Source: Saccostrea cucullata
Lineage: Eukaryota
Assembly: GCF_032062105.1 (NCBI RefSeq)
Contig: NW_026935768.1
Location: forward strand, 558,001 to 622,000
Length of the DNA stretch: 64,000 bases
Direction: 5' to 3'
Both the position numbers and the translations under genes were made by a program. Each line of letters starts with the position of its first letter. Position 1 is the stretch's first letter. The notes under the pieces were generated by a model. It did not search any database. It saw only the letters and a program-made list of their open reading frames with translations, and had not been told where the DNA came from. Below are positions 1 through 46,379 of this stretch, piece by piece.

Positions 1-599
1 AATGTTTTCTAAACACGGCAAAATCGGCTTAAATACTTTACGCTCATTCAATGTTTATTTCTACACAATTAACCTTACAAAATGCTTCAATAATAAAACA
101 TTTTGTTCTAAGCGACGTGTACATGTATATGCTTAGAAACCCTCGTTTCAATGCTCAGATTGAAGCTCTATTTAAGAAATATGGATAGTTAGTTAATATC
201 GTGAATTATTTGCTAAGGGAAAGAAGAAGAAAAAAAAAACAATTCATCGTAACATTTTATTTTTTAAAACGTAGTGTTAAAACCGTTTTGCAAATTAATG
301 GCTTGATGAAGTTTTTATTAATGAATTTCTTCAAAAGTTTATACTTATACATGTACATATCTGTTAGAATCAGGACACCAGGTACATTTATTTATTTTTC
401 ACGGACAAGCTTTTGATCTTCATTATCTATATAAGGAAAAACGTGCAGACTTATATTTACACATTTGGATCCCAGCTGTGGCCTACATTCACACTTATTC
501 TAAAAAAACATTGGAGATTATTACGAATTCGTGACAAATTAATGTGCGAAAAGATCAATTCTTGAACTTTAAATGTAGAAAGATAATTGACTGTCATTG

Positions 600-835
600 T
601 CCACGTGGCGCAGTGGAGATGAAACGTTTGACATAAAGTTGCAGATTATCCCAACGTTGCGGTTCGACTGCCACTATTGAAATTCACTGCGGGACGCAGA
701 TATCAATCTTTCGTGTGAGACCATATAAGCCGAGGTCTCTGATCGCAGAAGTTGTTGCCGCGAATTCATTCACTGCTTGAACATTGTTGCAAGTGCTGAT
801 GGAGTACTGGTCTTGAAGAGTACTCAGTAGGCTTT
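600..835 (+). mobile_element. Degenerate tRNA-derived SINE
   Basis: A box TGGCGCAGTGG, B box GGTTCGACT; the body (gaccatataagccgaggtc) resembles the SINEs at about 48.8 and 49.4 kb. Confidence 0.6.
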
Positions 836-867
836 CCCCTCTTTCTACACTGAAAACAGGCTCTAGA

Positions 868-978
868 CACAGGCACTTGTTCGGGAAATAAGTTTTTAAC
901 CCGTATTATACTAGTAATAATAACAGTGTTATTATTATACTATGGACTAAAAATTTATTTCCGAAACAAGTGCCTGTG
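868..978. mobile_element. Fold-back MITE-like element
   Basis: CACAGGCACTTGTT...AACAAGTGCCTGTG; near-palindromic over 111 bp, with ctctaga on both sides. Confidence 0.7.
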
Positions 979-1383
979 GCTCTAGAGTAGATCCCCCCCC
1001 TGGAAAACTAGCTCTGGAATAGGATTTATCCCACTGAAAAATGATTCTAGAGCAGGATTTCTCCTACGAAAATCCCACACCAGATTTAATTTTCCAGGGG
1101 GAAATTCTACTCTGTGTACTGGCTATAGAATGCAATTTCCCCCAGAGGCAGTTTTCCCCCATGATATATCAAAGCTGTTCTATGTATGAGGGGCAAAGGA
1201 GCTTGCATACCGGTATTGTTATAAGTGTTCTTTTCTCAAAATGACTGTTTTGAAACATACGAAGCATGAGAAATATTTTTAATTAAATTTTTCTCAGTAA
1301 TCGACAAGCTAAGTTTTTAAAGCATTAAAATGTTCTTCTTTTCACCTGGTTAAACTTATTGCTGAAAAAAAAAACACATTTAA

Positions 1384-1975
1384 AGAATTGTAGTCCCCCG
1401 CTTTCGGTATAAGTGGATGGAATTCCATTATCTGTAAAACATTGTGTCATATAATGAAAGCCAACAACATGTCTTTCAAACATAATCTCCAAATTCTCTT
1501 TTGAAAATTAGGTCAAACATGAAGATCAAAGTCAAGGGATCAAAATCATAGCATGCTCGAAAACATCTTGAAAAGTTACAAGTAATATGACAGCCCTATC
1601 TCTTTTTAAATCAAAATTAAGTTATGAGGAAAGATAACTTTTTTGAATTTTAAGTCAAATTTCAAGTCAAGGTTACAGGGTTAAAATCATAGTTTATTTA
1701 GAAATGCCTTTTAGCAGGTTATGTACATGTGCTCTATAAATTATGAAGACCCTAATCTTTTCTCATTTTAATTAAAGTAATTATTATTATTTTTTTTTTT
1801 TTGAAAAGTGGATCAAACTTCAAGGTCAAGATTTCGGGGTCAAAAACCATTTTATATTCGAAGTGAATGTACATCTGAGATGTACTCTCTTTTCATCCAG
1901 GAGTTATGACCAGGGATAAAGATTTTGAGAAGGACGGACAGACTGATAGACGGACAAGCTGGCAGACAGACGATC
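1384..1975 (+). mobile_element. Degenerate non-autonomous Helentron/Helitron-like element
   Basis: Decayed units of about 140 bp (ggtcaaac..aaggtcaag) followed by a (GACA/GACG)n microsatellite; the terminal hairpin is missing. Confidence 0.5.
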
Positions 1976-2149
1976 GAGGTTCTCGAATGCGTGAACAATA
2001 AGGGAGTTTTCAGATTTGTGAATCTTTCAACATACTTCTCGGATATCAGATCGAGTGTCTATTATAATTTTTTTTGGGGGGGGGGGGTAAATGGAGCATT
2101 CATATCTATTTTTGTCCATTAAGTGCAATATATTGAGAAAACGAACAAT

Positions 2150-3075
2150 ATTCAAGCTCAAAAGACCATAAAACAATACAAAATGGAAGCGGAACAACAA
2201 CGGACCTCGAAAACATCAGAGGTAGGATCAGGTGCCATGGAGGAGTGAGCAACTCCTGCCAACCGGTCACACCCGCCGTGTGTTCCTTGTCATGATCGGG
2301 AAATAACGGAAAAAATATCCGTCGTCAATTCAGTGTATAAATAATGGCCTAACAATTATTATGAAAAATATCAGTCATGCATTTGATTCAATGATACATT
2401 GTATTTGCTATCAAGGTCATTGCATCCACCATAAAACTTGATTTTAAACGAGACTGCATTTACTAGTACTCTTGTTCCGTCATCTTGTTTGTCTTTAATT
2501 TAATTCGTTTTAGAAATTGTACGTACGTAGAGCACGCTCTTGTGTATCGAATTACTGGTAATTGAGAGATAGAACCCAGTATGCAGGTGATGGCGGTATA
2601 TTGCTATATATGTATAGGAGAAGTTGACATTTGAGAAGATAAAGTCATCACGTTTTTCATAACGCTTGCTTTGGTTGTTAGATTACCATTAATGTATATT
2701 TCAAAGAAAATATCCAAATATGAAACAGATGTGTCAGTCTCTGTGATATTTTTTATCTCAAGTTCATCAGGATATATCGTGTCGACATAAGAATGGAAAT
2801 AACCATTATTAATTGTTGACAATACGCCGTCGATACATATCTAAATGTCGGTATAGGTCTGCTTATAACAGGGTGCAATTGGTACCCATGGGATTTCCAA
2901 TAGATTGTTGAAACCCAGTGTCAAAACACCAAATAGATATTGTCAATCAGAAACTCAAGCATCCTTTTGATATCAACTTCAGAATTATTTGTACATTCAA
3001 AAGTTTTTAACAAATTACTTTAGTAATTTTGCAAATGACCAATGACAAGGTAAGTAAATTTACGAGTCTTTATAG
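2150..3075 (-). mobile_element. Penelope-like retroelement relic (RT pseudogene)
   Basis: Broken RT motifs on the - strand: IPMGTNC (2870-2897), decayed FRY-ID (2825-2848), YPDELEIK..TET..SVSYLDI. Confidence 0.75.
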
Positions 3076-3520
3076 GATATATTTTCCTCGATGTTTGTTC
3101 ACCTTTGCTGTACATTAATGTATACATGTATTTATAAAAAAAAATGTACTACTAACTAAACATATTATTGCCAATCAATGCAAAATAAACGCTATGTTAA
3201 TCTAAATGCAATATACTTTTTCATGTCCTATGAAATGGACCACAGCAAATTATGTTCAGTGAAATCATGCGAGTATTATTCCCTTAAAACAATTTTTTGC
3301 ACGACTACTCCTTGGTTGGTATCTCCATACTATTCACAGTCTTTAGAGGACTGTCTTGGATACACATTTGAAGGCAAGTATTCCCTCTAATGTAAAGTAA
3401 TTTGAAAAAAATAAATTTCCAATGTTAAAACCTTCAATATTTATTATAAGTAGAGAATCACTTCGATGATTTTAAATTAAATAAATCTTATGCTTAGTAG
3501 ATAAATGAAAAACACTCTTA

Positions 3521-6090
3521 ATGATGACAGTGGGGATATGGATTCACCAGATAGCATTTATCCTCTGTGTGCTATCAAACTGCACCTGTCTCGTGTATGA
3601 GGAGAGTATCCCCAAATTACTACAGCACTGCTTAAAACAGACAAGCCATGTTAAGGGCAACGTAAAAAGAGACACTGCAGAGGCCATACATTACTTGTGT
3701 ACAAAAGAATATATCTTCAAAACACCCGAAGAAAGATGGCATCCAGATCTTGATCACGTGGTTAATACGAATACTTTGCGTGAATTTGCCGTGCTTTTCA
3801 AGGAACTAGATGTAGAAGAAAACGATAGCCACAGAGTGCATTACAAGTACTCTAGTATTAAAAAACATTTTATAAGGGTCAAACGAAAGGAACCAATCGT
3901 ACGAAAGGAATACAGACAGCTGACGAAAAAGCAGAGGACAAAATTTCACAAAGCTCTGCAAGCTATGAAGGCTGACACGAGTGACCCTGTAAGGACACTA
4001 TTTTGTGAATACATGTACTTCTTTTACTTGGAAAGATTAATCTTCTTTTCAAAAAATGTTTTTCTAAGTTTATTTAAAGCTTTACATTACAGAAAAGGCA
4101 GCCAAACGTTTATGATTGGTTTTGTAACCTTCATCCTAACAAAGTTGCCCCGAACGCTCACTATGGTCCAGCCTTTCTGGGTTTTCATCGAATTATGCTG
4201 TATCTGTACGTATTCATGTTAAATTTAGCTCCTATGGTAAGTGCTCGATTGTTTTATTTTATATATAAAAAAAGTTAAATATGGTTTGCAAAAATTAAGC
4301 TAGGGTAATTTAGTTTTAAACTTTCTCAAAAATGTTCTAGATGAAATGAGATTAAGAATATTTTATGAAGAAAATTACTGGTATATTGTAGAATGATAAA
4401 ACGCTGTCAGTAAAGTTGAGAAGATGTGTAATGCAAACATTCTTTTTTCAGATTCGAAGAAAAACTGAGATCTTATGATCCCGACGTGTCTCTTCCATTT
4501 TGGGATTCAACGTATGAGAGCATTCTGGACACGCCCACCGCCAGTGTTATTTTTACGGAAGATTTTATGGGCTCAGGCACAGGGACAGTGGTGGACGGTC
4601 CTTTCAAGAACTGGAAGCATGACACCGCAGGTGTTCTTATAAGAAACATTGGAAACAGTGGTCAGCTATTTGAGAGAGAAAAACTAGACAAAATCATGAT
4701 GAAGACTTACATATCAGAAATAACCCAACCTGACGCCGAGTTTGATGTAAATCTGGAAGCCATGCACGGTCAAGTACATGCTTGGATTGGAGGTTCCATG
4801 GATAATCTGGACTATTCTCCTTCAGAGCCTCTTTTCTATATGCACCACTGTTATGTAGATGCATTGTGGGAAAAATTCAGGGATAACCAGGTAAAACGTG
4901 GTGTGGATCCAACGTCCTACCCCGAAGTTACGGGTGGCCATGCCCCAGATAAGCCAATGAAACCATTCTATCTAAAAATAAAAAATGGAAAGAAAATTTA
5001 CTTGAAAAACAAAGTTGGGTATGCTTTGAAATGGTCCCAGTTAGTGCAATACCAGTATCCAAAGAGAAACTGTAAGACTAATGCTGACTGTGCTTCAGAT
5101 GTTATGGTCTGTAGGGAAGAGCAGTGTATGACTATGACTGCACACGAATACGAGGTTTCAAAGAAACCAAAACCCAGGCCCAGAATACTAAAAGCGGCGG
5201 CCGCTTTTCCGATCCCAACAGAACCCCCAAAGCAGGATGAGGATTTTTTGATGGGTTGGAACAGTTGGTTTGGCTGGAGGAAGAAAAGAAGTGTTAGTCA
5301 TATTCACAAACATTTTCAGTATCCCTATAAATATATTACCAGTCAGCATAACAATATACGAAGGTATCTTCGAAGGTATCACAGTCGCAAAAACTCAGCA
5401 ACTGCAGTGAAATACAAGTATTCTGATGAAAAAACGTCTCCTATATACCACTCATTTCAGAATACATTTACCATAGATGGTGTGGAGGATACTTCCCAGT
5501 GGGCGTACATTCCCATCATTGTGTACTACAGAAGACCAGTCGAGGTTCAATATGATGCCCATCCAATAAAACACGGGAAGCCTGTTATGAATAAAGATGT
5601 ATTTAACGAATATCATGACGCTAAATATATTACTCATAAAGTAGGAAACCCTGCAAGAAATCCAAAATGCATACATATTGGTTCAGGTGCCACCAAAATA
5701 TATGTTAAAGCTTCTGGTATCAACTACAACGGATTTTACACCGACTACGCACTTGTTGACGAGCGACAGCCCTTGTCCTCTTCATTGACGGAGGTGGGCG
5801 TGAGAAAGCCAGTCGGCAAAACTCTCTCAAAAGTTTACATCTCGGCCCACGATCCATGTGGACGAAGTTGCAAACCTCGCTGTCTTGTAGCAGGATCGAA
5901 TCCAGCACGTTATAAAAAATGCACCGGGACTCTGGGTGTCACGAACAGCGGACCTCTCATGTATAGTTCAGATGTCGGCGATGCTCATCTGAACACTTAT
6001 GACTTCTCCACTCTCCCGCCAACTCTGTCCAGTAAGAAGGTCTTTCTTGTTTTTTATTGTGACCAAACCGAAGTTTGGCCTTGGGATTGA
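3521..6090 (+). CDS. Secreted tyrosinase-like (type-3 copper) protein, 3 exons: 3521-3988, 4093-4205, 4452-6090; about 739 aa
   Basis: Hydrophobic N-terminal signal peptide. GT-AG introns 3989-4092 (phase 0) and 4206-4451 (phase 2) join one open frame. Exon 2 encodes CuA (CNLHP...NAHYGPAFLGFHR); exon 3 encodes SLPFWD and CuB (AMHGQVHAWIGG...SPSEPLFYMHHCYVDALW) plus a Cys-containing C-terminal domain. Confidence 0.93.
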
Positions 6091-6151
6091 GCGGAAAGTA
6101 TTTATTGTAAAGGAATCATACTGATTCAAATTGAGGACATTAAAAGGGTTG

Positions 6152-6157
6152 AATAAA
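6152..6157 (+). terminator. Probable polyadenylation signal of the tyrosinase-like gene
   Basis: AATAAA about 60 nt after the TGA, followed by T/GT-rich sequence. Confidence 0.55.
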
Positions 6158-7029
6158 AAAAATATTTCAAATGTTATTTGTTTCCTCTACGTCAGTTGTC
6201 TACTTTGTAGGCCTAAGTATTAACTAATAGGAAGTCTTTCGTTATGAGGAATAATAACTTTCATAGAATAATGATCGGTAATCATTTTCGACGTTGAAAT
6301 AAAGAAATGACATGTTTTTATTCAACGTAGTAAAAAAGACAAAAGTGATATCACTAGTAAAATCTGCATACCTTGCAGTGAAGAAAAACAACCCATTAGA
6401 AATCCTCGTAGATTTTATTAGGAAAATATATTTTTTGATTAAAAATTTTAAAAGAAACAAAAATCAATAAGCGTGCAGGTCAAAATGCTCACCTGCACCT
6501 GAGCTTAATTTAAACACGTGTATGGACATACATGTATTCCTGATGGAGATGATTCGTCTTTAATTATGATAAATTCTAAACATTAGTCTACTACAATCAA
6601 CACCATACACGTAGAAATATTTTAAATATTCTAAAGAGAGAGGGAGATAGAGAAATAAAAAATTGTATTAACCGGTTAAGCAAACATAATGAAAGTTTTT
6701 GTCTTTAATTTTGACAGGTAAGATTCTTGCACAATTCGGATGCATAAAACAAATGTATCTTGAAAACCTAAGGGTAATATTAATTGAATGCATTTTGAAT
6801 AAAAGTAATTACCTTATGATTTAAATACTTCAGGTATTTTTTAACAATACATTTTGAATTAACTAGTAATATCTAGGGTATTTTGTGAACAAAAGTTGCG
6901 ATGCAAGCAATTTTTACCTAAACTGGTTTAATGCCGCTTAAAAAGTTCACTTTGAGATGCCTATCGGAGAAAAAAAAAGAGAAAGAAATATGAAGAAAAC
7001 AAACACTAATCTAGCTTAAAGTCAGTTGA

Positions 7030-8320
7030 AACAATACAAATTGGGAGCAGGGCAAACACGAGCTTAAATTCTAAATACATCAGCGGAGGTATAGGTACCT
7101 ATCCATTGCCGATCGGTCAGACCAGCCTTGTGCTTCTTGTCATATTCATGAAAACAGAAAAATTCTTAGAAATTCAGTTTGTTAGTCTGTAAATAATGGC
7201 CTTACAATAAGGATAAAAAAAAACTCAATCTGCATTTGACTCAGTCCCAGATTGTACGAATGCAGACAAAGTTATCAAATCGTCCATAGAACTTGCAAAA
7301 TGATGACGAGAAACGCTTGTTTGTGAAGAGCTTGCGTCGTTTCAGGAATTTTGCATTCGTACAGCTCTTGCGTATCGAATCAACTGGGAGTCTGGATGCC
7401 GAATTTGTTTAAATGTACAGTCAGAATGTTTTTGACAAAGTATGTGCAAATGACCAATGACAGTGTAAGTAAATAAATGCGTTTCATTTTTTCGTTGGAA
7501 AAGGAGATGACTAACACACTTTAAGACATCAAAAATCCTTAACGTTGATTAATCTTGGGGGTTGGCGTTTTAAAGCATTTAGAAGTCGTAGCTTTTGATG
7601 TTATTGATTTTGGTAAAATTTGGTGATTTCAAATTTTCTAAAGGTTCCTTGGAATTTTTTAGCATTGACGTCTGATTTACTCTACATTTCACAGTGTTGT
7701 ATATATTTAGTACTCCTGAAGTTTCTCCCTCACTATTGTAAAGACATACACAACGTAGCTTGAAATTTTTTGTCTTTTTCCATGGAATTGAAGAGTTCCA
7801 ATTCTTGAAGGAACTGTGTGCTATATTTTAAAGTTTATATATGGTGTTGTACCCTTCTTCTAAGACATTTTTCATAAAAGAAACATCAAGAAAATATATT
7901 TAGTATTTTTTATGTATTTTTCTTTGAATCATCCAATAATTTTCATAAATTGATATCTTTCAAAAAAAACCCTGGTAATGCATGCTGAACATTTGTTGAC
8001 TCCATAATCTTAATTTAGGAATATCTTGAAAAATTATCAGTAGGTAAGGTACGTGCGTATGTCCTTAATATTCTACGTAGTGAGAAGTAAAGAAAAGGGT
8101 AAGAGGATAGAACATTTATTGGAACCCGCTACATTTCTTAATAAGGATTTTGTGAAGTTTAGAAACTCCAGTAAAGGTATGGTTTTTAAATTATTGTGAT
8201 TTTAGGTAAAATTGAAAATATTAAAAACAACTGACATATGATTTTGAAAAATTTCTTCCTTGGAAAGGAAGCTTTTGGTATAAGTGGAATTATCCTTTGC
8301 AGAAATAAACCCCAGTTCCT
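7030..8320 (-). mobile_element. Penelope-like retroelement relic, same family as 2150-3075
   Basis: Shares blocks with 2150-3075 (for example gcaaatgaccaatgaca..gtaagtaaat); decayed IKSYDF (about 7600) and YLYW..KLHK.P (8145-8185) on the - strand. Confidence 0.7.
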
Positions 8321-8339
8321 CTAAAATAAAAAAAAAATA

Positions 8340-9060
8340 GCCTTAAAGCAAAGACAATGTTGTCACTTGCTTTGTCAGTTGAGACCAGTACATACTGATC
8401 TCATACTTTTTCACTTTTGAATTATTGAAGAAAAAATGTCCTAAAAACCAAAATGAATTTGAATTATTCTATGTATATTGGATTCCGAAACTTCATTAAA
8501 ATCCTTACAAAGAAAGATGCATAGTGTGTTCCACTAACTGTTCAACCAAACCTCTTTCTTTACTTCAAGAGTACTGTGCAAAAATATATTCAAGAAGTGG
8601 TGTAAATCAGATGCGGATGCTTAAAATTCCAACGAACTTTTGGAAAATTTGAAATCACAAGACTTTACCAAAATCAATATCTTAAAAACGTGCGACTTTA
8701 CAACTTTATGCACAACCATTCCCCACGATAAATGAAGTCTAAGCTTATTGACAGCTGCCCTTTCAACTCGTAAATTTACTTGTCATTAGTATCATATCGT
8801 TATTAGCAGACCTATTTTTGTATTTATATGAAGCAAAATTTGTCCAAAATCTTAAATATGAAAAGAAGAAAACACTTGTGGTGGCATTCAACTCCTCATT
8901 TAGACATATCGACGTTTTGTTAATTAACAATGTTTATGTCCATTCTTCTGTCGATACTTTATATTCTTGTGAGTAAGAGATAAAAGATATCAGAGTTGAT
9001 ATTATAGACAGTAACACTAATATGATGTATACTTTTTACAAGAGATGTTCAACTTCCAGG
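8340..9060 (+). mobile_element. Penelope-like retroelement relic, opposite orientation
   Basis: YVYWIPKLH*NPYKER...CSTKPLS, KTCDFTTLCTTIPHDK and FNSSFRHID with stops and frameshifts. Confidence 0.75.
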
Positions 9061-9150
9061 TATGTACCGGTATTTTTTTTGTAATATTGATTCACCATCA
9101 TAATTTCTCTCTCCTTCTCTGGATCAAAATGATTTTTATCTCCTGATAAT

Positions 9151-9930
9151 TTTTAGCTCTACTGGTCAGAGACCAGAAGAGCTTATGTGATAGTATATCT
9201 AGCTGTCTGTCTGTCTGTAAACAATTTTTCAAAATGCTACTCCTCCTACAGTTTTGGTTTTATTTCAATATAACTTGGCACACAAGTAGACTACATTAAG
9301 ATACATAATTCTGTGTATCGGTTTTTGATTTCGATGAACGGTGTTTCCGTGGTTACTAAAAATAGAAATTTCTGTGAAATTCTTTCAAAATGCTACTCCT
9401 CCTACAGTTTTGGTCTGATTTCACTATAATTTGGCACACAAGTAAACTACACTAAGATACATAATTCTTTATATCAGTTTTCGATTTTGATGAACGGTGT
9501 TGCCGTGGTTACTAAAAATAGAAATTTCTGTGGAATTCTTTCAAAATACTTTTCCTACAGTTTTGGTGTGATTTCAATATAGCTTGGCACACAAGTAGAC
9601 AACACTAAGATACAAAATTCTGTGTATGGGTTTCTGATTTCAATGAACGGTGTTTCCGTGGTTACTGAAAATAGAAATTTCTGTGGAATTCTTTCGAAAT
9701 GCTACTCCTCCTACAGTTTTAGTCTGATTTCAATATAACATGTCACACAAGTAGACTACGTACACTAAGATAAATATGCAATTCTGTACATCGTTTTTTA
9801 TCGATGAACATTATTGCCTTGGTTACTAAAAATAGAAATTTATGTAAAATACTCTTAAAATGCTACTCCAAATACAGTTTTAGTCTGATTATAATATAAT
9901 TTGGCATGCAAGTAGACCACACTAAGAACA
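9151..9930 (-). mobile_element. Non-autonomous Helentron-like element with about 4.5 copies of a 156 bp tandem unit
   Basis: Terminal hairpin agctctactggtc-aga-gaccagaagagct, (CTGT)n tract, units starting near 9231, 9387, 9543, 9696, 9857. Confidence 0.8.
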
Positions 9931-10259
9931 TAAAGAGACTTAATCAAGGATCATTATTCTATTTATTGCTGTTGTAAAGTTTCAATTCCCAACTTATGTA
10001 CTTTTCTCTTCCTTTGCTATAAGTACAAACCAGTAGAGCTTCAGTCTCGACAGAGACTTCTGGTTGTTCTTGTAATAATTAAAACATAACAAGACACATT
10101 CCAGCATACTGTAAATTTTATTTCTGACTGACATGAGAGGGATGCAGAGCATACATATAACAAGTGTGTGATGAGATACACCGGTCTTAACAAACCTATT
10201 TGTAACAACCAATGTGATTGGTCCTGTCACACAGTGACGTCATAATGAAAAGAATTGAT

Positions 10260-12821
10260 TGAAAATGATTTCTTCTTTAATTTTCATTTCCTGAGATGAA
10301 AACATAGTGATGGTAAAAAAAGCAAAGATCTCAATGCACTTTTCACTAAAAGAAAGAAAATAGGCTGCAATAAATAACAAAGGGGAAATGACTAGACATA
10401 ATGAAAAAAAGATGAAAGAATGAGGTAATATTAGTCAAATGAAATTTTAATCTTTCAAGTTGTGACTTCAAATATCTCTTTAAAGATCAAACATGCACAA
10501 GAATTAGGTATCATCAACCCTCTGTTTACAAAGATAATTTTTTTCTTTAAACTGATAATTTTCCCAATAGAAAAAACTATTTATAATAATAAACATGCAC
10601 TTTCAGTATACTTTTTAGGACAAAATATCTATAAATGTGGCTTTTCAAGTCAAGAATTTCATAAAACAAAAAGGTAATTTTTTTCTTCCCAAAATGAGAG
10701 TTATTACTCCTATCAGAGGGTAAATGAACCTTTAAGTTAAAAAAAAATTACATTTACTCAATGGTGTGAATGAAAAACATTGTTGACAACCCTGATTTTT
10801 TGTCTTATTGAATGAGCAACAGGTGATGAACAGAAGCAATGGGTCTCCTTCCTTAAAAATACAACATCAATAGTCACAATGAATCCAGGAAGGCAAACAA
10901 TGGAGAAAAAAGAAAAACTCAAACTGAATGATAGCGCTGGATTTAGAACAGTGCATTATAAAATAAACAGTATCAGCAGCAACAGTTAACAAGATTTAAC
11001 AACAAAGAAAAGCCAGAATCTACTAACTCTCCTCAAAGTCAGAAAAAATTCTAATTAGGATCTAAATTTGTATTCTACTGCCCTCTTCTTTTTTAGGTGA
11101 TGAAAATAATAGCTAAGACAGAATTTTGATTTAACTATAAATGTTCCACTAAAGCAATGGATATCTATATACATCATACTTAGGCATTCGATCAAATACA
11201 AGCAGTTCCCTGATTACAACATTTTATTTGGTCTTACTAAAAAAAAATGGACAGTGAAATATATGGGAGTTAAAAACTTTGAATGATTCTGGGTTTCTGG
11301 CCCCAATAAGAGAAGATCAATCCAAGCCGATGACAACATCTATACACCAAATATCTAGATCGATATACAAAGAAAAAGAGGATGAAAAATGTTTGAAACA
11401 GACGTGAGATCTTTTTTCATTTATACCAATGTTTTTTGTTTTTTTTCTGTGATTGGTAACTTGACTCTTTTTATTTGAAATGTTATTTATTTGAACCAAA
11501 TAAAAATCAATGATTTTTTTAAAGAAAATATTTTTTAATATGTCTTTGAAGATAAACTTCAAAAGCAGTCAAAAACATTGATGTGCCTATGAAGACTTCG
11601 ACTATGATCAACAATGAACACAAGTTGTATGTACAAAAAATACTGGTTCATTTGACAACAACAGGAATTTCACTGATTTGTCAATCACAAAGAATGCCAT
11701 TTCTATTTATAGGGTAAATTTAAATATAAATACATATCTTAACATACCTAGAAATCAATATACTGTTTGGCAACAGTTGTGTACTGACAATATTATGCCC
11801 TTGATCACACTCTATATTTATTATAAATATGTGTAATGTTGAAAGAAGGAGTCAGAATGTTTAAGTTTAGAGCAGAATCGATGCTTATCATTTGAATACA
11901 TATCAAAGAAATTTACACATCTGTTTTAGTTCATTTCCTGAATACAATTAATGGAGAGGTGAATTATCATTGTAACACAGGTTTCCTATTCTTTGGTATT
12001 ACATATCAATTCATTTTCTATACAATAAAATAAATCTAAATATCCCTCCATAATAATATGATAAATCTTTCTAGTACTATTAAAAAAAATTAAATGTTCT
12101 AAAATAAGTGTACTTTTTTTTAAATTATGAAAGAGTACAAAAAAAATTAATTAAAAAAACTTTGAATTTAGCTTCATTTAATTTTCCCTCATAAAAGCTG
12201 TTTAATACAGAAATAAGTGAATAGAAATTTTCGATCCATGAAAAACTATTCAAGTTGCTCCTCTGGGTAAAAACATTAATTATTGCAGAAGAGGGCGACT
12301 TCTATTGCACACAACTACATTTAACAGATACAAAAATATATATATGTACACTGCAAAAAAGTAAGCAAAATTTACCATAGCAGAACATCTATTTATTTGG
12401 TACATTTCTGTATTCAAAGATGGATTAAAATTCAAAATACAGATATCTTAAAATATTTAATAGGAAAATCTGGTTCTTATTTTAAATCAACTTATAAGAA
12501 AAAAATCCAAACACTACAAAGTTTTTTAAGTATTCTAAAACCTGAAGCAAAAACACAACAAAAACTGAATATATAACACTAAAAAAAGCTAACAGGCAAC
12601 AGTAGCACTTGAATATGTATCGTAATAAGAACTGAACATTGTAAAACATGGACATTGTTTGATTGGCCACAAAAATAATGACTCAGTGACTCAAGGGTCC
12701 ACTGACAGGTCTAAAAATTAAATCATAAATAATAGGTTCAGTTTGACTAAACCTTAATACAATAAAGTCAGTAATCAGAAAAAAGTGTAAAACATTAAAA
12801 TACATCCATTCTCTTTCACAT
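10260..12821 (-). other. Probable long FoxP 3' UTR
   Basis: AT-rich stretch downstream of the stop with no recognisable transposon; candidate ATTAAA at 10282-10277. The end point is uncertain. Confidence 0.45.
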
Positions 12822-45843
<33,022 letters not shown>

Positions 45844-46379
45844 GTTACTGGTAGACACTGCTCTCAGTCCTGCTGCCTACCAAGTCCAACTGTTGTGCTC
45901 TGAAGTTAATATTTTTTTTTATTCTGGAGCAGGAAGAATTTTTTGGGAGTTCACTTTTTTTCTTCTAAATTTAACCCACTGCAATTAGATGCAGGAAACA
46001 CTGATGATCACAATGAGAGGAATAACATGAGTTGACAAAGGGTAATCCAGAAACTTGCTTCTCCACACAGGCCCAAGTGTTTCTTCCTCTCTGTGGAATC
46101 GCTGTTCAGAACAAAGTTTTTTTTCCCCTCCTCTCCCAACTCTTAGAGATTTTTTTTCGTCAAACAATGCAAAAATAAAACTGTTTTAGAAATCAATAAT
46201 GTGCTTCACACAGCAACACTTCAACTTTTTCTATAAATATCAGAAACATCCAAGTGTAGGCTCTGACAGAAAAAAAAAAATCCAAACATGAAAAAAAAAA
46301 TCAACAAATTAAAAAAAAAATTCCTTTAAAGAAAAGAAAAAGTTGTCTAAATGGAACAAGACAAGGAGAGTCAGTCACT

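Noticed and set aside
2604-2822. 72-aa ORF with RT similarity as a functional gene
   Set aside because: It is a fragment of a frameshifted, stop-ridden retroelement relic.
3989-4222. C-terminal part of the 233-aa ORF at 3521-4222
   Set aside because: It is read-through into intron 1; the real exon 2 is in another frame and encodes the CuA histidines.
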